Shown one piece after another: positions 1 through 18,654 of a DNA stretch of 58,881 nt (within the stretch, counting starts at the first letter, position 1; the number at the start of each line of letters is the position of its first letter). A program made the translations under genes and the position numbers. The DNA is taken from positions 62,001-120,881 of the forward strand of contig JBFLGF010000108.1 in assembly GCA_050230475.1 (NCBI GenBank). Reading direction: 5' to 3'. The DNA is from Ancylonema sp. (taxonomy: Eukaryota). A model generated the notes under the pieces. It was not told where the DNA came from and ran no database searches. It saw only the letters and a program-made list of their open reading frames with translations.

Positions 1-67
1 TTTGGTGTAAGTTGGTGCTTGGAAGTGTGTTATTCGGAGTGACGAAATATTTTTGGGGAGTGACAAG

Positions 68-168
68 CATAGTTACCCGAACCTTCGGAACCGGGATCGA
101 AGGTCCGCATCTCGGACCGGGGCGGACCTCGGTTCCAAAAGTTGATTTTTCCGGGTCGGGTAACTATG
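68..168. mobile_element. 101-bp hAT-type MITE
   Basis: Terminal inverted repeats (TIRs) CATAGTTACCCGA / TCGGGTAACTATG; perfect 8-bp TSD GTGACAAG at 60-67 and 169-176. Confidence 0.85.
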
Positions 169-1699
169 GTGACAAGTGAGGAGTGGGAAGTGAAGAGAGG
201 GGGTTTGGTGTAGACGGTGAAGAGTGTTATGGGTGTAAAAACACAACAAAAATTGTGGGAGTAGAAGTCGTAATGTTTTTCTTTCCGTTTTATATAGAGT
301 TGTATGTATATGGAGTTGTAGGCAAGGATAGATTTTGATACGGTTAGTAAATTTTAGATAGGGACGATACCCATTTATTTATGTAGAATAGGAAAATGAG
401 AAGTGAGTAATGTATTTGTAAGGTGGAGAGAAGTTTGAATACAAGGTTGTGAGCGTGGGAAAAAACTGGATGATGTTTGATATATGTTTTATAATTCCAT
501 GATACGGTGACCCTTCATCACATTTTTTGAGCCTCACATGAGCAACATTTCAGAACTACATTGTAACCTATGGAACATGAAAAAATATGGAGTACGTATA
601 ACCATTCCAAATGACCTAGAGCATTTCCCCAAGTGATATCTCTCGAAAGTGGTGAAAAACGCTATCTACAATGATGCATTGCGGGTTTTAATTACTTATT
701 CGATAGGTCTAACATTTTTTCGACATTTTTTTAAGATGTAAAATAAAATTACATTCGCGAAAAAAATACTTCCGGAGTTTTTTCTCCACGGAAATCACCT
801 TAAAACCCCTAAAAACCAATATTACCCTAAACAACCGGTCCGGATTTTTGACCCAAAAGGACGGACCTCGGTCGGGACCCCGGTCTGCCGGTCCGTGCAA
901 CAATGACCCAACCCCAAAAAACGAATTATTTAATTTGACCCGACCCACCCTTTCAATAATTATTTACGGGTCATGGTGTATGGCCAGTACGGTACACATA
1001 CATTCATACGAAAAACAAAATGCCTTCAGGTGGCGTTTTATTCGGGTGGTGTGGCGTAAAAGTCCTTCCTAATCACAAACGGGTCGGGGTTTTGCATTAC
1101 GTATCCCTAGTACGTAAATACACCTTTGGGACAAGTTGTCCATCTTTAATGAGACCAAACTGCGACAATGTACTTCTGGAATGGAATAAACTCAGATCGC
1201 CTTCACAAGCAAAACGCGAATAATAGAGGTGCCACAAAAACTTGCCCCTCCATCAAGTATGTAAAATAGGTGGGCAAAAATAGAGGACTCCGTCGGAGAA
1301 GAAAGTGTTTGCACAACAATTTACAATTCCTTTTCGTTGTCTACTTCAACAAAAGAGCTTGAAACATTTTCAACTACATTCACAAAAGGCAATACCATAC
1401 TGTACACCTTGGCATGTGGCATCCAGGCCATGCCCATAAAATTTTGTGAGACAACACGATTACTTTGCAACTGCCAAGTCCCAACATCCTACCTCACCCC
1501 TCCCTCCCCCCTCCTACCACCTGGGAGACAGGAGCCAGGCCAACGGCAAACATCTTTGAACGTATCTCACAGGGCCAACTTGCATTCAAATACGTTCCCC
1601 TCACCCTCTGTTGGTCCCCCTACAGCCACGCCTTTCCCCACCCCCTCCTCCCCTCCCTCCCCCATCCACGAAATGAAACTTGTCTCCCTGAGGAGCAGT

Positions 1700-4600
1700 T
1701 CATACACCTCCGGAACCATTTTCTGTCCCTGTGACCTCGGTAGGGGAGAATTGAGCGTCTGCGGCGCTGCATCCACTCACCACCCACCACCCACCACTTC
1801 CCTGTCACTACCCCACCCCCACCCCCTCTCCCTCTCCTGTCCAATCCCCAGCCACCCCCTACCTTGGTGCGGGGCTGGCACCCCCTGTGAATTGCGATGA
1901 TCCTGGACTGCACAGCCCCACACCCCCAACCATTACCAACCCACTCCCCCTCTCTCCTGCAGCCTGGGAAGCAAGGGGGGGGCGGGGGCGGTTACCTTGT
2001 TGGAGAGTAGGCATTGGCTGGGCTGGTGGGAGAATAGGCGGGCGAGGTTGGGGCGTAGGTTGGCGACGTTGGGCTGCAAAACGGGATGGGGGTGAGGGGG
2101 CTGCTGCCCGTGGAAGGGGGTATGAAGTTCCAGCTTTTACCTGTAGGTGGGGGAGGCGGGGCTGTATTGAGGGCTGGAGGGCGAGTATCGCGGGCTGCTG
2201 GGGGAGTAGGTGGGGGAGGTGGGCGAGTAGTTGGGGGAGGCAGGGGAGTAGTTGGGGGAGGTGGGCGAGTAATTGGGCGAGGTGGGGGAATATGTGGGGG
2301 AGGTGGGCGAGTAGGTGGGGGAGGTGGGGGAGTAGGTGGGGGAGGTGGGTGAGTAGGTTGGGGAGGTTGGACTGTAGGCTGGGGAGGTGGGTGCATAGGT
2401 AGGGGAGGAAGGACTGTAACTGGGGGAGGCTGGACTGTAGGAGGGCGAAGTGGGGCTGTAGGAAGGGGAGGTGGGGCTGTAGGAAGGGGAGGTGGGGTTG
2501 TAGGAGGGGGAGGTGGGGCTGTAGGAGGGGGAGGTGGGGCTGTAGGTGGGGGATGTTGGGCTGTAGGTAGGGGAGGTGGGGCTATAAGAGGGGGAGGTGG
2601 GGCTGTAGGAGGGGGATGTGGGACTGTAGGAAGGCGACGTTGGGCTGTAGGAAGGTGAGGATGGGGAGTAGTTTGGTGATGCGGGTGAGTAGGAGGGGGA
2701 GACCGGGTTGTAGGCGGGGGAGAATGCCATGTTCCCCACATAAGGCGAGAAGGCTCCCGAGGTACCCCCCGGGGATGCGCGTACATCCGGGCTCATGAGG
2801 TACCCTGGGGACATGGTGATGTCGTGGTGGGGGGTACCCATGGGCAGTCGCCCCGGGGTCATGGCCCACTCCGCCCCCATCCCCATCCCCCCCTCCATGA
2901 GGTGCATGGGAATCTCCACCGCCTTCTGCAGCATCTCCTCGTGCAGGTGCAGCCCAAAGTCCCCTGTCCCGATGGGCGCCAGCTGTCCCAGCATGATGGT
3001 CTCCGTCACCCCCCTCAGGTGGTCCGCCTCCGCAAACAGCGCCGCGTCCTGGAGGATGTCCACCGTCTCCTCAAAGGAGCACCGCATCATGGGTCCCGTC
3101 TCGTTGCGGTTGATGCCGTGTCGGGTGATGGACATAAGGTACCCCTTATACGTCATCACGTCGCACAGGATGGCCAGGTGGCGGTAGTTCACGTAAGAAC
3201 CGTCGAACGAGATCACGGCCCTCAGTTCGTTGAGCAGCGTGTTTCGCACGGCCTCGATCCCCAGCACCTCCAGCACCTCCAGCAGGTGGTTGCTCACGGT
3301 GCGGCTGGCATCCACCTTGTCGTTACACATCACGGCCAGCATGTTCACGCCCTCCGTGTCCAGAGACCACTCCGACTCCGCCTTGAAACCCACCTCGGGG
3401 TCGAACACCTGGCGCTTGAACTCGCGAATGAACACTTTGGTGATTTCCTTGATCCCCCTCAGCGTGATGCCCATCATGTTCGCCTCCAGCTTCTTCAGGA
3501 ACGCGTCCGCGTCCTCCCCGTCCACCGCCCCCCCCCCCGTCCCCGCCTCGTCGTCGTTGATTCGTATCCTCATCACCAGTTTGGGCGCGTTGTCGTCGCT
3601 GAAGATGCAGGACACGTCCGAACCGAACACCTCCTTCACCGCCTCCCCCACGTCCGCCATGCTCAGCTTCTTGTCCACCATCATCTCGCGGTTCAGCTCC
3701 ACGCGCAGCAGCCATGGGGACACGGCAGCGGGCATCTCCTCGTCCGGCATCTCAAAGTACTCCTCCACCATCTCCCTGTCCTCCTCGATACAGCTGGTGG
3801 CCGGGTTGGGGTCGTACCAAATCTCCGTGGCCTCCGTCACGCTGAGCAGCGTGGTGTACTCCAGCTCCACCTGGCAGCTCTTCGCAAACTCCTTGGCCTC
3901 CTCGGAGTCGATGGCGTACGGACCCGGCTTAAGGAAGATGGTGAGGGAGGGGGTTTTGGTGGTCTTGGCCACGTTGATGATCTCACGCAGACGGGGCACC
4001 CCCAGCGTCACGTTCTTCGCGCTCACCCCCGCGTAATGGAAGGTGTTGAGGGTCATCTGGGTGGCGGGCTCGCCAATGGACTGGGCGGCCACGCACCCGA
4101 TCATCTCCCCCGGCACCGCCTGGCTCTGCATGAACCTCGCCTCAATCTCCCCCAGCACCCACTTGAAGGCGGCGTCGTCCAGACGGAACTCGGACAGGAC
4201 GCGCTTGCTGGCCAAGGTGGAGCGCAGCAGGATGGTGAAGAAGGTGGTGGCGTTGCGCTGGGCCTCAATGGACAGGGGGTCGTCCCCCACCACCACCTGG
4301 AGGCGGGTGACGAGGTTGTTCACGGCCTCGTACACGTCCAGGGGGAAGGGACCGGGGACGGCGCGCATGTCCACGGCAAACAGCTTCTGCGCGTTCCAGA
4401 TGAGGCGGCGGATGTTGACGGGGAGCGGCCACGTGGTGTCGCCGTTTTTGGCGATGTTCGTCCCCAACGTCATCCTGTCCTTTCTCAGCTGCTCCAGCTC
4501 CTGCTCCAGCACCAGCTGCATGTCCACCAGCGACATGTCGTTCGTCTGCGTCTCGCTCATGTAGTCCGGCTTCCAAGCGGGACCCAGATGGAAATCGTGG

Positions 4601-7600
4601 CGGTACGTCTCCAGAAACTTCTTCTCGTTCATCTTCAGTATGTCCACCCTCTGGCTCTCAATCCACACCGCGTCCATTCCGTCCTCCCCATACAGGAACT
4701 GTATCACATCCCCCAGACTGTTCCTCACGGTGCCGTCGTACTTTACCATCACGTCCTCCATGGCCTTCACCAGGCGGCGTTGGATGTACCCCGTCTCACT
4801 CGTCTTCACGGCCGTGTCGATCAAACCCTCCCGACCCCCCATGGCGTGGAAGAAAAGTTCCTGCGGCGTGAGCCCCCTAAGGTATGAGTTCTCCACGAAC
4901 CCCCTGCTCTCCGGCCCCAAGTCGTCCTTGACAAAGTGGGGGAGCGTTCGGTCCGTGAACCCGTACGGGATCCTCTTCCCCTCCACGTTCTGTTGCCCCA
5001 CGCACGCCATCATCTGCGATATGTTGATGAACGACCCCTTACTCCCCGCCTGCACCATGGCCTTCACGTTGTTGGACTCCGACAGACTCTTCTGCGCCTC
5101 CCTCCCGGACATGTCTCTCGCCGTGTTCAGCACGCTGTTCACTTTCTGCTCAAACGTCTGAGACAGGGAGGCACCGGGGGACGCCTCCAGCTTGTTCTCC
5201 TGAGCCTGCTTGATGATGTCCTTCACGTCGCTCTTCGCCTTGGCGATGACGTCGTTGATCTTGTCCATGATCTTGGAGTCTGCAATGGTGTCCCCGATTC
5301 CAATGCTGACCCCCTCCTGAAGCAGCCAGTAGTTCACCAGCCACTGGGTGTGGCCCAAAAACTTGCGGGCAGCGTCTGGACCCACCTCCTCCCTGAAATA
5401 CCCCCCCCCGTATCCCCCAGGGTAAGACAAACGGGGGTAAGAGACCCGAAACCCCAAGAGTTATCCTGAGGCTCACCAGATGGTGTGCACAAGCCCCCCC
5501 CCGGATGCCCCCAGTGACTTTTTGTCCAGCAGCCCCGTGAGCAGCTCCCCCTTCTCCACGTAGACCTGCGTGTCCCCTGGGGAGAAGTGCGCGTGGGTCT
5601 GCATCTCTTCGTCCGGCTGTCCGTTGGCGACCCTCTCCAGGTTAACCGCGCTGGGGATGATGAGGGAGAACACTTGCTTGCCCGTCCACAGGGGGCGGGG
5701 CTTCAGGATGGCGGGGGTGGGCAGGTGGCCGTCGAACTCGTCCCACCACATGAGGATGTTCATGAACACGTCCTTCTCGATGAACGTGTCCCGCATCGTG
5801 ATCTTCCTTGAAGCCAGCAGCGAGTCCTGCACGATGCCCATCACGGGGCGGTTGGACTGCGGGCTCACAATGCACTTGGGCACCATCATGAGCTCCACCA
5901 CCTCCGCCCGCGTCTCGTTGCTCTGACACACGTGCATGTTCATCTCGTCGCCGTCAAAGTCGGCGTTGTAGGGGGTGGTCACACTCAGGTTGAGACGGAA
6001 GGTGGAGTAGGGGAAGATGCGAACCCGATGCCCCATGATAGACATCTTGTGCAGCGAAGGCTGGCGGTTGAACAGCACATAGTCACCCTCGATGAGGTGG
6101 CGCTCCACCTTGTACCCAATCTCCAGGTGGCGATCGCTGCTCTTCTTCAGGTACCTCAGGTCCAGCCTCTGACCATCCTCCCGGATGATGTACCTCGCCC
6201 CCGTCTTGCCGGGCGGCGGGTGTGGCCCGTTCTCCACCAGTTCCTTCAGCTTCGCCATGTTGAAGGGCGTCACTGTCTCCGGGTACGTGAGGTTCAGCGC
6301 AATGCTCCACGGCACCCCCACCTGGTCGATGTTCAGGTTGGGGTCCGGAGTGATCACGGTTCGCGCAGAGAAGTCCACTCGCTTTCCCATCAGGTTCCCG
6401 CGGATCCGCCCCTCTTTGGCGTTCAGTCGCGCGCATATGGACTTGATGGGCCTTCCGGACCGTACTGTGGCAGGTGGCAGCCCTGGCATGTCGTTGTCAA
6501 AGTAGCATGCCACGCTGTGCTGCAGCATCTGCACAAAGTCGTTGATGACGTGGGGCGCCGCCCCGCTCTGCTCCTGCTGCTTCAGGTGCTTGTTGTTCTT
6601 CAGGATGGTGGACAGCTGGTGGGTGAGGTCGTCCGCGCTGCTCTGGGAGCTGTCCATCATCACAGAGGGGCGGACGGGGGGGGGGGGGATGGGGAGCACT
6701 TGGAGAATGAGCCAATCCGGGCGGGTGAACTGCGGGTTGAGCCCCAGCTTCACACAGTCCTCGTCACTCACACGCTTCAAAATCTCAAGAACCTGCGCAG
6801 TCCCCCAACCAACCAACCACCCCGTGAGACATGAGGGGGGATCCAGAACGACCAACAGCACCCGCCCCCCTCTGCGTCATGAGATACTCAGAAGCAGAAG
6901 AACAAACCCCCTACCCTCTACTCACTTTATCTGCTCCCAGCAGCTGTTTCCTTTCTGCGGGATCTGGCAGGTGGTCCTGATCCTCTGACTTCTTGCGTGC
7001 CTTGAACTCGGCCATGATCTTCATTCCGTCGACACTGTACTTGGGCTGCTGCGCCCCGCACCCGCCGCGGGGCTGGGCCTCATCCATGTCCCCGTCCATC
7101 TCCGCAACGCAAACACTCTTGGACTTGCAGCAGTCGGCCACCTTCTTCATCCGCTGCTTGGGACTCCGCACCTTCTGAGACATCTTGAACTTGTGGTCCC
7201 CCTGCGACAAACAACTCCAGTCTCAATCATACACTCTGATTTCTCTCCAGTTCAAGATGTACTTGTAAGCCCGACCTACTTGACATAGGTCGAACTGCCA
7301 GTGCCAATCTGGAGGTTCAGAAAACTATACATCCCAGACCACCACTGCACGCGCCAGGGCCTAGCTCTGGCTAGCCATGCCCAACCCATACTGATAAAGA
7401 ATCGTCAAGTGAAGCATCTGGGGTCACCACTTACCTCATCCGCGAGTAAGCGCGAGCAGTTGTGGCAAACACAGCGCAGAATCGTGAGCACTGCTTTGAG
7501 GAAGCCCATGTGGAACATCGGTTTGGCCAGCTCCATGTGGCCGAAGTGGCCGGGACATACCGTCATGTTCTCCCCACAGGTCTCGCATTTCAATTGCCGG

Positions 7601-8001
7601 TCGGTGGTGCCCAGCCGAGGGTCATTCAGGCACCCATGCTTGGGACGACTACGGTCCATGAACTCATTTTCAATTTTTGCTACGGACATTAACCGCTGCG
7701 AGAATGGACATACATGCATAGGAGCGGTTAAGGTAGAATATGAGAGTTTTTCCATCAGTGTTTCAGTGCTGGACTCGGGACGGTTTTGTAAGAATAAAGA
7801 AGAGAAGCTGAAAAATCCAGCTCGATGCAATGAAGCAGATCACGAGAATAATGTCAACATCGGCCCACTCAGTGAACGAGCTAGCCTGAGCAGTTTGGAA
7901 CAATCAAAATGACTTACAATTTCATCAGGACCAAGAATACCAAACTGCACGGTTTTCACTTTGGCCAGCTCTGCTAACGAGTGAGGAAAGCGGTCGTCCA
8001 T
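1700..8001 (-). CDS. NRPB1: DNA-directed RNA polymerase II largest subunit (RPB1), multi-exon
   Basis: Exons by GT-AG: 8001-7918 ([28 protein letters not shown]), 7695-7435 (CPGHFGH zinc motif), 7201-6926, 6792-5477 (catalytic NADFDGD), 5392-2141 (TQMTLNTFH and CTD heptads), 2073-1996. Two tentative terminal exons, 1907-1863 and 1766-1700; the alternative is a stop at 1992. Confidence 0.97.
1996..2712 (-). repeat. RPB1 CTD heptad array, about 30 YSPTSPS-type repeats
   Basis: Translation shows [21 protein letters not shown] heptads, interrupted by an intron at 2140-2074. Confidence 0.95.
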
Positions 8002-8622
8002 GGCGGCTCTTCCTTCAAGAATGGAGATGGAATATGGTCACAAAGCGGATCGGCCTACTCGGCCCCCATCCGGCCAGTTTGTGCTTTCTACAAAAGCCTC
8101 CACATCACATACTCCGCTCATATGCGGGGGTGTATCTCCAGGCGTCTTCTGTATGCTCTCTGACTTCTGTCAGGAGTTAGATAAGAAGCCCACGGCATGT
8201 GGCTCCGCTCTGTATTTATAGAGGAGGCTAGGGTTCCGCGGTTCTAGCGTGGAAGTCGCGTGGATCACGCGTCCTGTACACCTCCGTACGTCTCGGTATA
8301 AATTCTCGTGATACGAATTCTCGTTAAGTATACAAGTAGTTCGCTATAAATGACATGCTTTTAAGGCTTCGTTACATCGGGGTTTGAGTGAAGAATAGCT
8401 GGGCTCATGGACTCGTGGAGTTCAAGGGAGCTGCTCAGTAGGATGTCACACGAAAGGAGTCGCGCAGGGGGTAACAGAACCTCCCTTGTGTCGGTAGACT
8501 GAGGCCTTCGCTGGTAGCCTATATTATAAATATCACCTTTGTTGCTCATAGCCGGCTGTAGCGCTTTTTTTTTTCCTTCCAGTTCCTTTGCGTGGGCGCA
8601 CAGGTGGATTTTAGTATCAACC
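8002..8622. promoter_or_regulatory. Divergent (probably bidirectional) promoter region between NRPB1 and XRN
   Basis: 621 bp between opposing ATGs; TATAAATA on the minus strand at 8213-8220 and TATAAAT on the plus strand at 8297-8303 and 8345-8351. Confidence 0.55.
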
Positions 8623-13778
<5,156 letters not shown>

Positions 13779-14245
13779 GGGTGGGGATGTGCAGGAGGGG
13801 GGAGTAGATGGGGGATGTGGTGTGGAGGGTGTATGATAATGCGGTGGGGCGCGTTGAACACTACTCCCCTGATTTTCTTTGCATCATGTTTGTTGACTAG
13901 CTCATTGGCTTTTCTTTTGGGCTCACGAAGTTGGTTGATTGGTCTTCAACCAATGTTCGTTGTACTTGGGGTTGAGCTTGTAAAAATGGGACTTGAGCAT
14001 TTTCCCGAGGTTGACCTTGTAGGCTTTGGTTTGGCCACAATCTTGAAGTGAGAAACAAGTGAATCTTGTGCAAGGTTTATTCATAGAATGAGCTTTAATT
14101 ATCATGATTTCCTTACTTACATGGACAAACTCAAGGATCTTCATAGTTATGTGGTCTTGTGAACGTTACACCGGTTCAAAACATATTTTAGTGCTCTAAC
14201 ACAATCATTCGGGTGCCAATATTAAGATAAGGAACCAATTATAAA

Positions 14246-15047
14246 TAGCGTTGTGAAATTACGGTATTTTTGGGTTGGACCATAGTAATTATTATTTTTT
14301 ACGTGTAACGTAAGATTACGTTTTTATTTGTGGTAAATTACAAACAGGCGAAACGTAAAGTGTAAGACATGTGTAAATTACACTTACCGGTAATGTCGTT
14401 ACTTTCCATGGTAAATGGTAATTACGGGTAAGATATTTAATAAGAACGAATCTACAGTAATTGACGATTGCAAGGATAACATTGACCTTAAATTGACGAA
14501 TGACGTTTCGCCAGTCGTCAGATTCGATGAGGTTCGAGTTCCATTGAAGCCATACACTCTACATAAGTATTGACTGGCTGCCAGACAACAAGTTATCCGA
14601 TCTTGGAAAGGAGGCTCTTTGAGCTTAGTCCCGAATGCACGCAGTATGGACGGCTCTTTAGGATTAACTGCCGTAGCATCAACGACTTAAGGAGCTCTAC
14701 GTCAGCAGGAGAGCAAAAAAAAACATGGTAAAAATAAATAATGCACATTTTGTTACGTACAAAAATCCAAGCATACGAATCAGTTTTTTAACCTCCTACT
14801 CAATGAGAGGTCACTATTTTTGTGGTATTGGCCCAAGTCCCCAAAAACACACTCTTAGAAAAGGGAAATTATTTCCCATGAATTACCACGATTTGCAAGC
14901 CTTGCAATTAAAAAAGATGGTCATGTTTTCATTATGACATTGATGTGTAAGAATTCGAAGACTCAATGGTGATGTTTAAGTATAAACTTGGAGGAAAAAA
15001 TATGTTAATGTATATGGAAATAACTTTTTACTAAAAAGGTATAACGA

Positions 15048-15083
<36 letters not shown>

Positions 15084-15331
15084 CCTCTTTTTTTTATATT
15101 TACCTTCTTTTTTTTTTTTTTTTTTTAATATAAATTAATATTTTATTAATTTTCACGACTTAACTTCACCGGCTATTATGGGGGGCGTTTTAGGGAATTT
15201 TGGCTTTGTAACGTGTATTTTACCAATTATGCGTAAAACGTATTAGTTACATGTATTTTTACGTTTTACGTTACATTACACTTTACGTACGAGTGTAAGT
15301 GTAAGGTGTAAACGGTAATTTCACAACGCTA
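14246..15331. mobile_element. hAT-type non-autonomous element
   Basis: Perfect 17-bp TIR TAGCGTTGTGAAATTAC; TSD ATTATAAA (14238-14245) / GTTATAAA (15332-15339); TTAC/GTAA subterminal motifs. Confidence 0.85.
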
Positions 15332-15383
15332 GTTATAAACCTTGCAGGGTTTCACGAGTGTATATGAGATTATTACGTTACGT

Positions 15384-16427
15384 TATCACGACGTCTGAGA
15401 TCGTTAGCTATTTTACCCCTAATATTTACTAAATCTCTCCCTATAATAAATCACGAATGCGCCGCGCCAAATTAAGAGTTTTGCCGCACTACAACTTCCG
15501 CCCCGCTCGCGGGCCCCGCTCCCGAGCTCTAGTTGTCATCCTGCGCCCCCGCTCAATATTTGAATTAGATTTACTTGGCATTTACTAGTCGTCGATCCGA
15601 CGTGGCACTTTTGTACTAGTAAGCAATCCAAATGTGATGACTTGTAATGAATGTTAGCCGTCGATGAATATCCGACGATAGAGATTGTAGATAAGACATT
15701 TGCACGCGAGCCATATTTGTGAGATTGAATCGTAGATCGACACGCGTCTAGCGTCGTTTGTTTAATTTGAAAAAAACCTTTGTATTTCGAACTGAGAATT
15801 CAGTTTTCGTTGAATCTAACAGTGAAAAGACTTGAATTCCGATCTTGCCTCTCGTATGGTTTGTATCTTGTGTATCATCGTGCTTTGCTTACTATGTGTG
15901 CTTTCGCATTCCTTGCTTGCCAATATTATCGTTTGTCTGATCGAGCTATCGCTCTCAGTACTTTACTACCGTTGCTTGCTACGCAGCCTCGTGACTCACA
16001 CATTTACAACGACGCAAGTCGGTGTTCAAACTCACAGTATTTTTGCTTCTGATAACAAGCAGTGCGGACTTACACATAAATAGATGCTTTCTGACCGAGA
16101 GTTATCGTTGTTCTTACTCTACTATTGTATCGCATACTCTGCATTCAAATCCTATGTGGAGCTATCGCGTTGTCAACTTGCCCGCAGTGACAGAGTTGCC
16201 GAGTCAAGGCGACGTTCTTGCCGTCGTTCAAGTGATCGTTTACGATCACCGCCGCGAGTCAGGCGTGCACAAACTCCTTAAGTTAGGGCAGATTCCCAAT
16301 TACACTTACAAATTCATCGATATCGACATTCACGAATTCATGTCGATGAACTACGATATGACGTACGTACATCAACTGATTATGTCATCAACAACCCTTT
16401 ACCCTATGGATCCCATTTGGCACGTCA
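15384..16427 (+). mobile_element. Solo A-B repeat (solo-LTR-like) of the split-repeat retroelement family
   Basis: Diverged, opposite-orientation homologue of 27699-28740. Starts TATCACGACGTCTGAG (TGTCACG in the other copies), ends GGCACGTCA, and is flanked by ACGT at 15380-15383 and 16428-16431. Confidence 0.85.
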
Positions 16428-17598
16428 ACGTTTTACCGATATGACATATTGCCCCATCACTGTTGAATTGCATTTTTTTACACCCCCCTACGCCCTTTCC
16501 CCACCCGTATTTATTCAATCATTCACTACTTACTTCACCACTCTCCCCATGCTGAATGCGGCTATCACGCTACGCGCGCGGATTGATCATACACAAACCG
16601 GCAATATTGGTTTTTCGGACCGCGATCGGACCGGGTCCGAATTCGGGATTCAGTCGGGACCCAGAGGATCTTTTAGGGTTCTTATTTTTCCCATCGATTT
16701 CCGGGGGGGAATGGACATGCTGGGGGAATTTTCCTAACATTTTTTTAACAAAGCACAAGCCAATGCGCAACAAAACAAAATGGTATTTTTCCCGGATTTT
16801 GTACGGTAAACATTTTCCATTCCCGATAGAGAAACCGAAAGTATCCCACTACCTACGGTCCGGCATTTGACCCAACAAGGTGGACTTCGGTCCGGAACCA
16901 TAATAACCCCTCATTTAGTACTATCATCGCCCTTGCTAGTAACCAATTATTGCCAACTAGGCAAATCGAATTTGATATCCGCGTGTTTGGAAATGAAATC
17001 AGGTTGGGCTTCCGGCTCCTTGGCGTGTGGGTTCCCCCGCTTCCGAATTAGTGAACACACCCCAAAGAAAATCGAATGAATTGGTGCTCCAAAAGCAAAA
17101 AAGGGCGTCAATTTTGTTACCCATGGTAATCAATAAGTGGGGGCATATGGATGGCCCCTATGTTTGTATGCATATTTCATTTTTATTGCAATTTGAAAAT
17201 GATAGTATGACGTCAATTACCATTTCAGTATCTGACCTTGGAATGAGTACTGTCTTATACTCCGGATACGTTGTGCTTACCGTCGAGTCACTATCCGGAT
17301 ACGAAATTAATTATTCCAAATGATTTTCCCAAATCTGATGATTCTATCAATGTATTGGCGCGTATCTTACCCCATAACGTTGAGCGACAATTAGCTACGT
17401 TTTGAGGACTACAACTATGTTGCGGCGGGTATGATTGGAGGGACATGAGCACGGTAGTAGGGATATCAACAACAAATTTATGAACACATGGACGAAGTGT
17501 CTCCAAGAAACTCTTTACACCGAAATTTGTTCCACCCCAAATGTAGAACGCTATGCGATCTGCAATACAATAGACCGCTCATGTGGCTACGTGGGAAC

Positions 17599-17910
17599 CA
17601 TAGTTGGGTCCCGAACTTCCAAGTGCCGGTCTGGATCTGAACTCAAACTTGTATTCCGGTTCGGAACGTGTTTTGGAGTCTCCCGAACACTTCGACGCCG
17701 ACTAAAGAAATTGGGGGGGGGGGGGGGAAACAACAACAACACTTTGTTGGTAATTTATTCCGCCACACTAAGTGCATATGAAGGTGCATTTCCTTTTTCG
17801 ACTTTTGATTTCTATCACGTTTTGGTTCCAAACCAGTATCGTACTTTTTGGAGCCCGAACCGACCCGGAACGGATCCGCACATCTTCCGAAAGGTTTGTA
17901 GACACCTATG
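17599..17910. mobile_element. hAT-type MITE
   Basis: Ends CATAGTTG / CACCTATG; TSD GTGGGAAC (17591-17598) / ATGGGAAC (17911-17918). Confidence 0.7.
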
Positions 17911-18654
17911 ATGGGAACAAATCACAACGTGATAGTTCAAGGGGTTGATGGAAATGATCGGAGGGACAAGCACCATCGTTCAAACACTTCACCCACTGTC
18001 ACCGAGTTCTTGCGCGACTCACTTTCCGTCTTTTGGTGACATCATCAAACGGCCATTCGAGCTCGAAACCGCATTTCAACGGATTCACGGGTCGAACCAC
18101 GGTTTCATCTCCTAATGTGCAGGATCCAAGGTTGCACAATACGCACAATACTTTGTGTTATTAAACGCCTAATCAACGTTTTGTGCTCCTAGGGTATTAA
18201 TACCCTAAACTACGGTAATATTCAGAATACCCTTATTCAGATTATACCCTTTTTTTGTTTGATACATAAAGTACCAAAATTTCCGACGTATGTATCTCAA
18301 TATTGCGTAGTCCAAGTGAGAGGCCTTGGGATGTTGTGGGTGACGTGATCCATGCACATGGAACACGTTAACTTCGAGGAGGATGCATGCCATGATTGTT
18401 TAGTGTGAGTGAAATTTGAATTGTGCATTCAATGATTGGATCTGTAAATTGCCCATTTCAAAACCGGCAAGTAAATGCGCCCGGAGTGTTGTTAGGAAAA
18501 CTGGAGTTTAGTTAGGGAATCCCTTTGGGGGACAAAAAAAGTGTCGCAAGATCGAAGCAGTCCGCATGAGGTGGATCGTTATATCGAGGGTGCACCGTAT
18601 ATCGAAGTATATCGCTGCATCGAATGTTAATGGTACCATCCTCGTTCCCTGCTT

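Noticed and set aside
1887..2798. Pro-rich (extensin-like) and Gly/Arg/Trp-rich ORFs
   Set aside because: Alternate-frame and antisense readings of the RPB1 CTD repeats; only the last ~26 codons of the 1992-2786 ORF are a real exon.
2795..6988. Long plus-strand ORFs (687, 300, 268 aa and others)
   Set aside because: Antisense shadows of high-GC3 RPB1 exons with no recognisable domains.
16428..16446. TGACA at 16442-16446 as the solo repeat's end (TGTCA..TGACA)
   Set aside because: Homology with B2 stops at CACGTCA (16427), and only that boundary yields a TSD.
16930..18500. Possible decayed coding remnants in intergenic DNA (also 44.2-46.1 kb and 54.4-55.4 kb)
   Set aside because: No motif could be recognised in any frame without a search.
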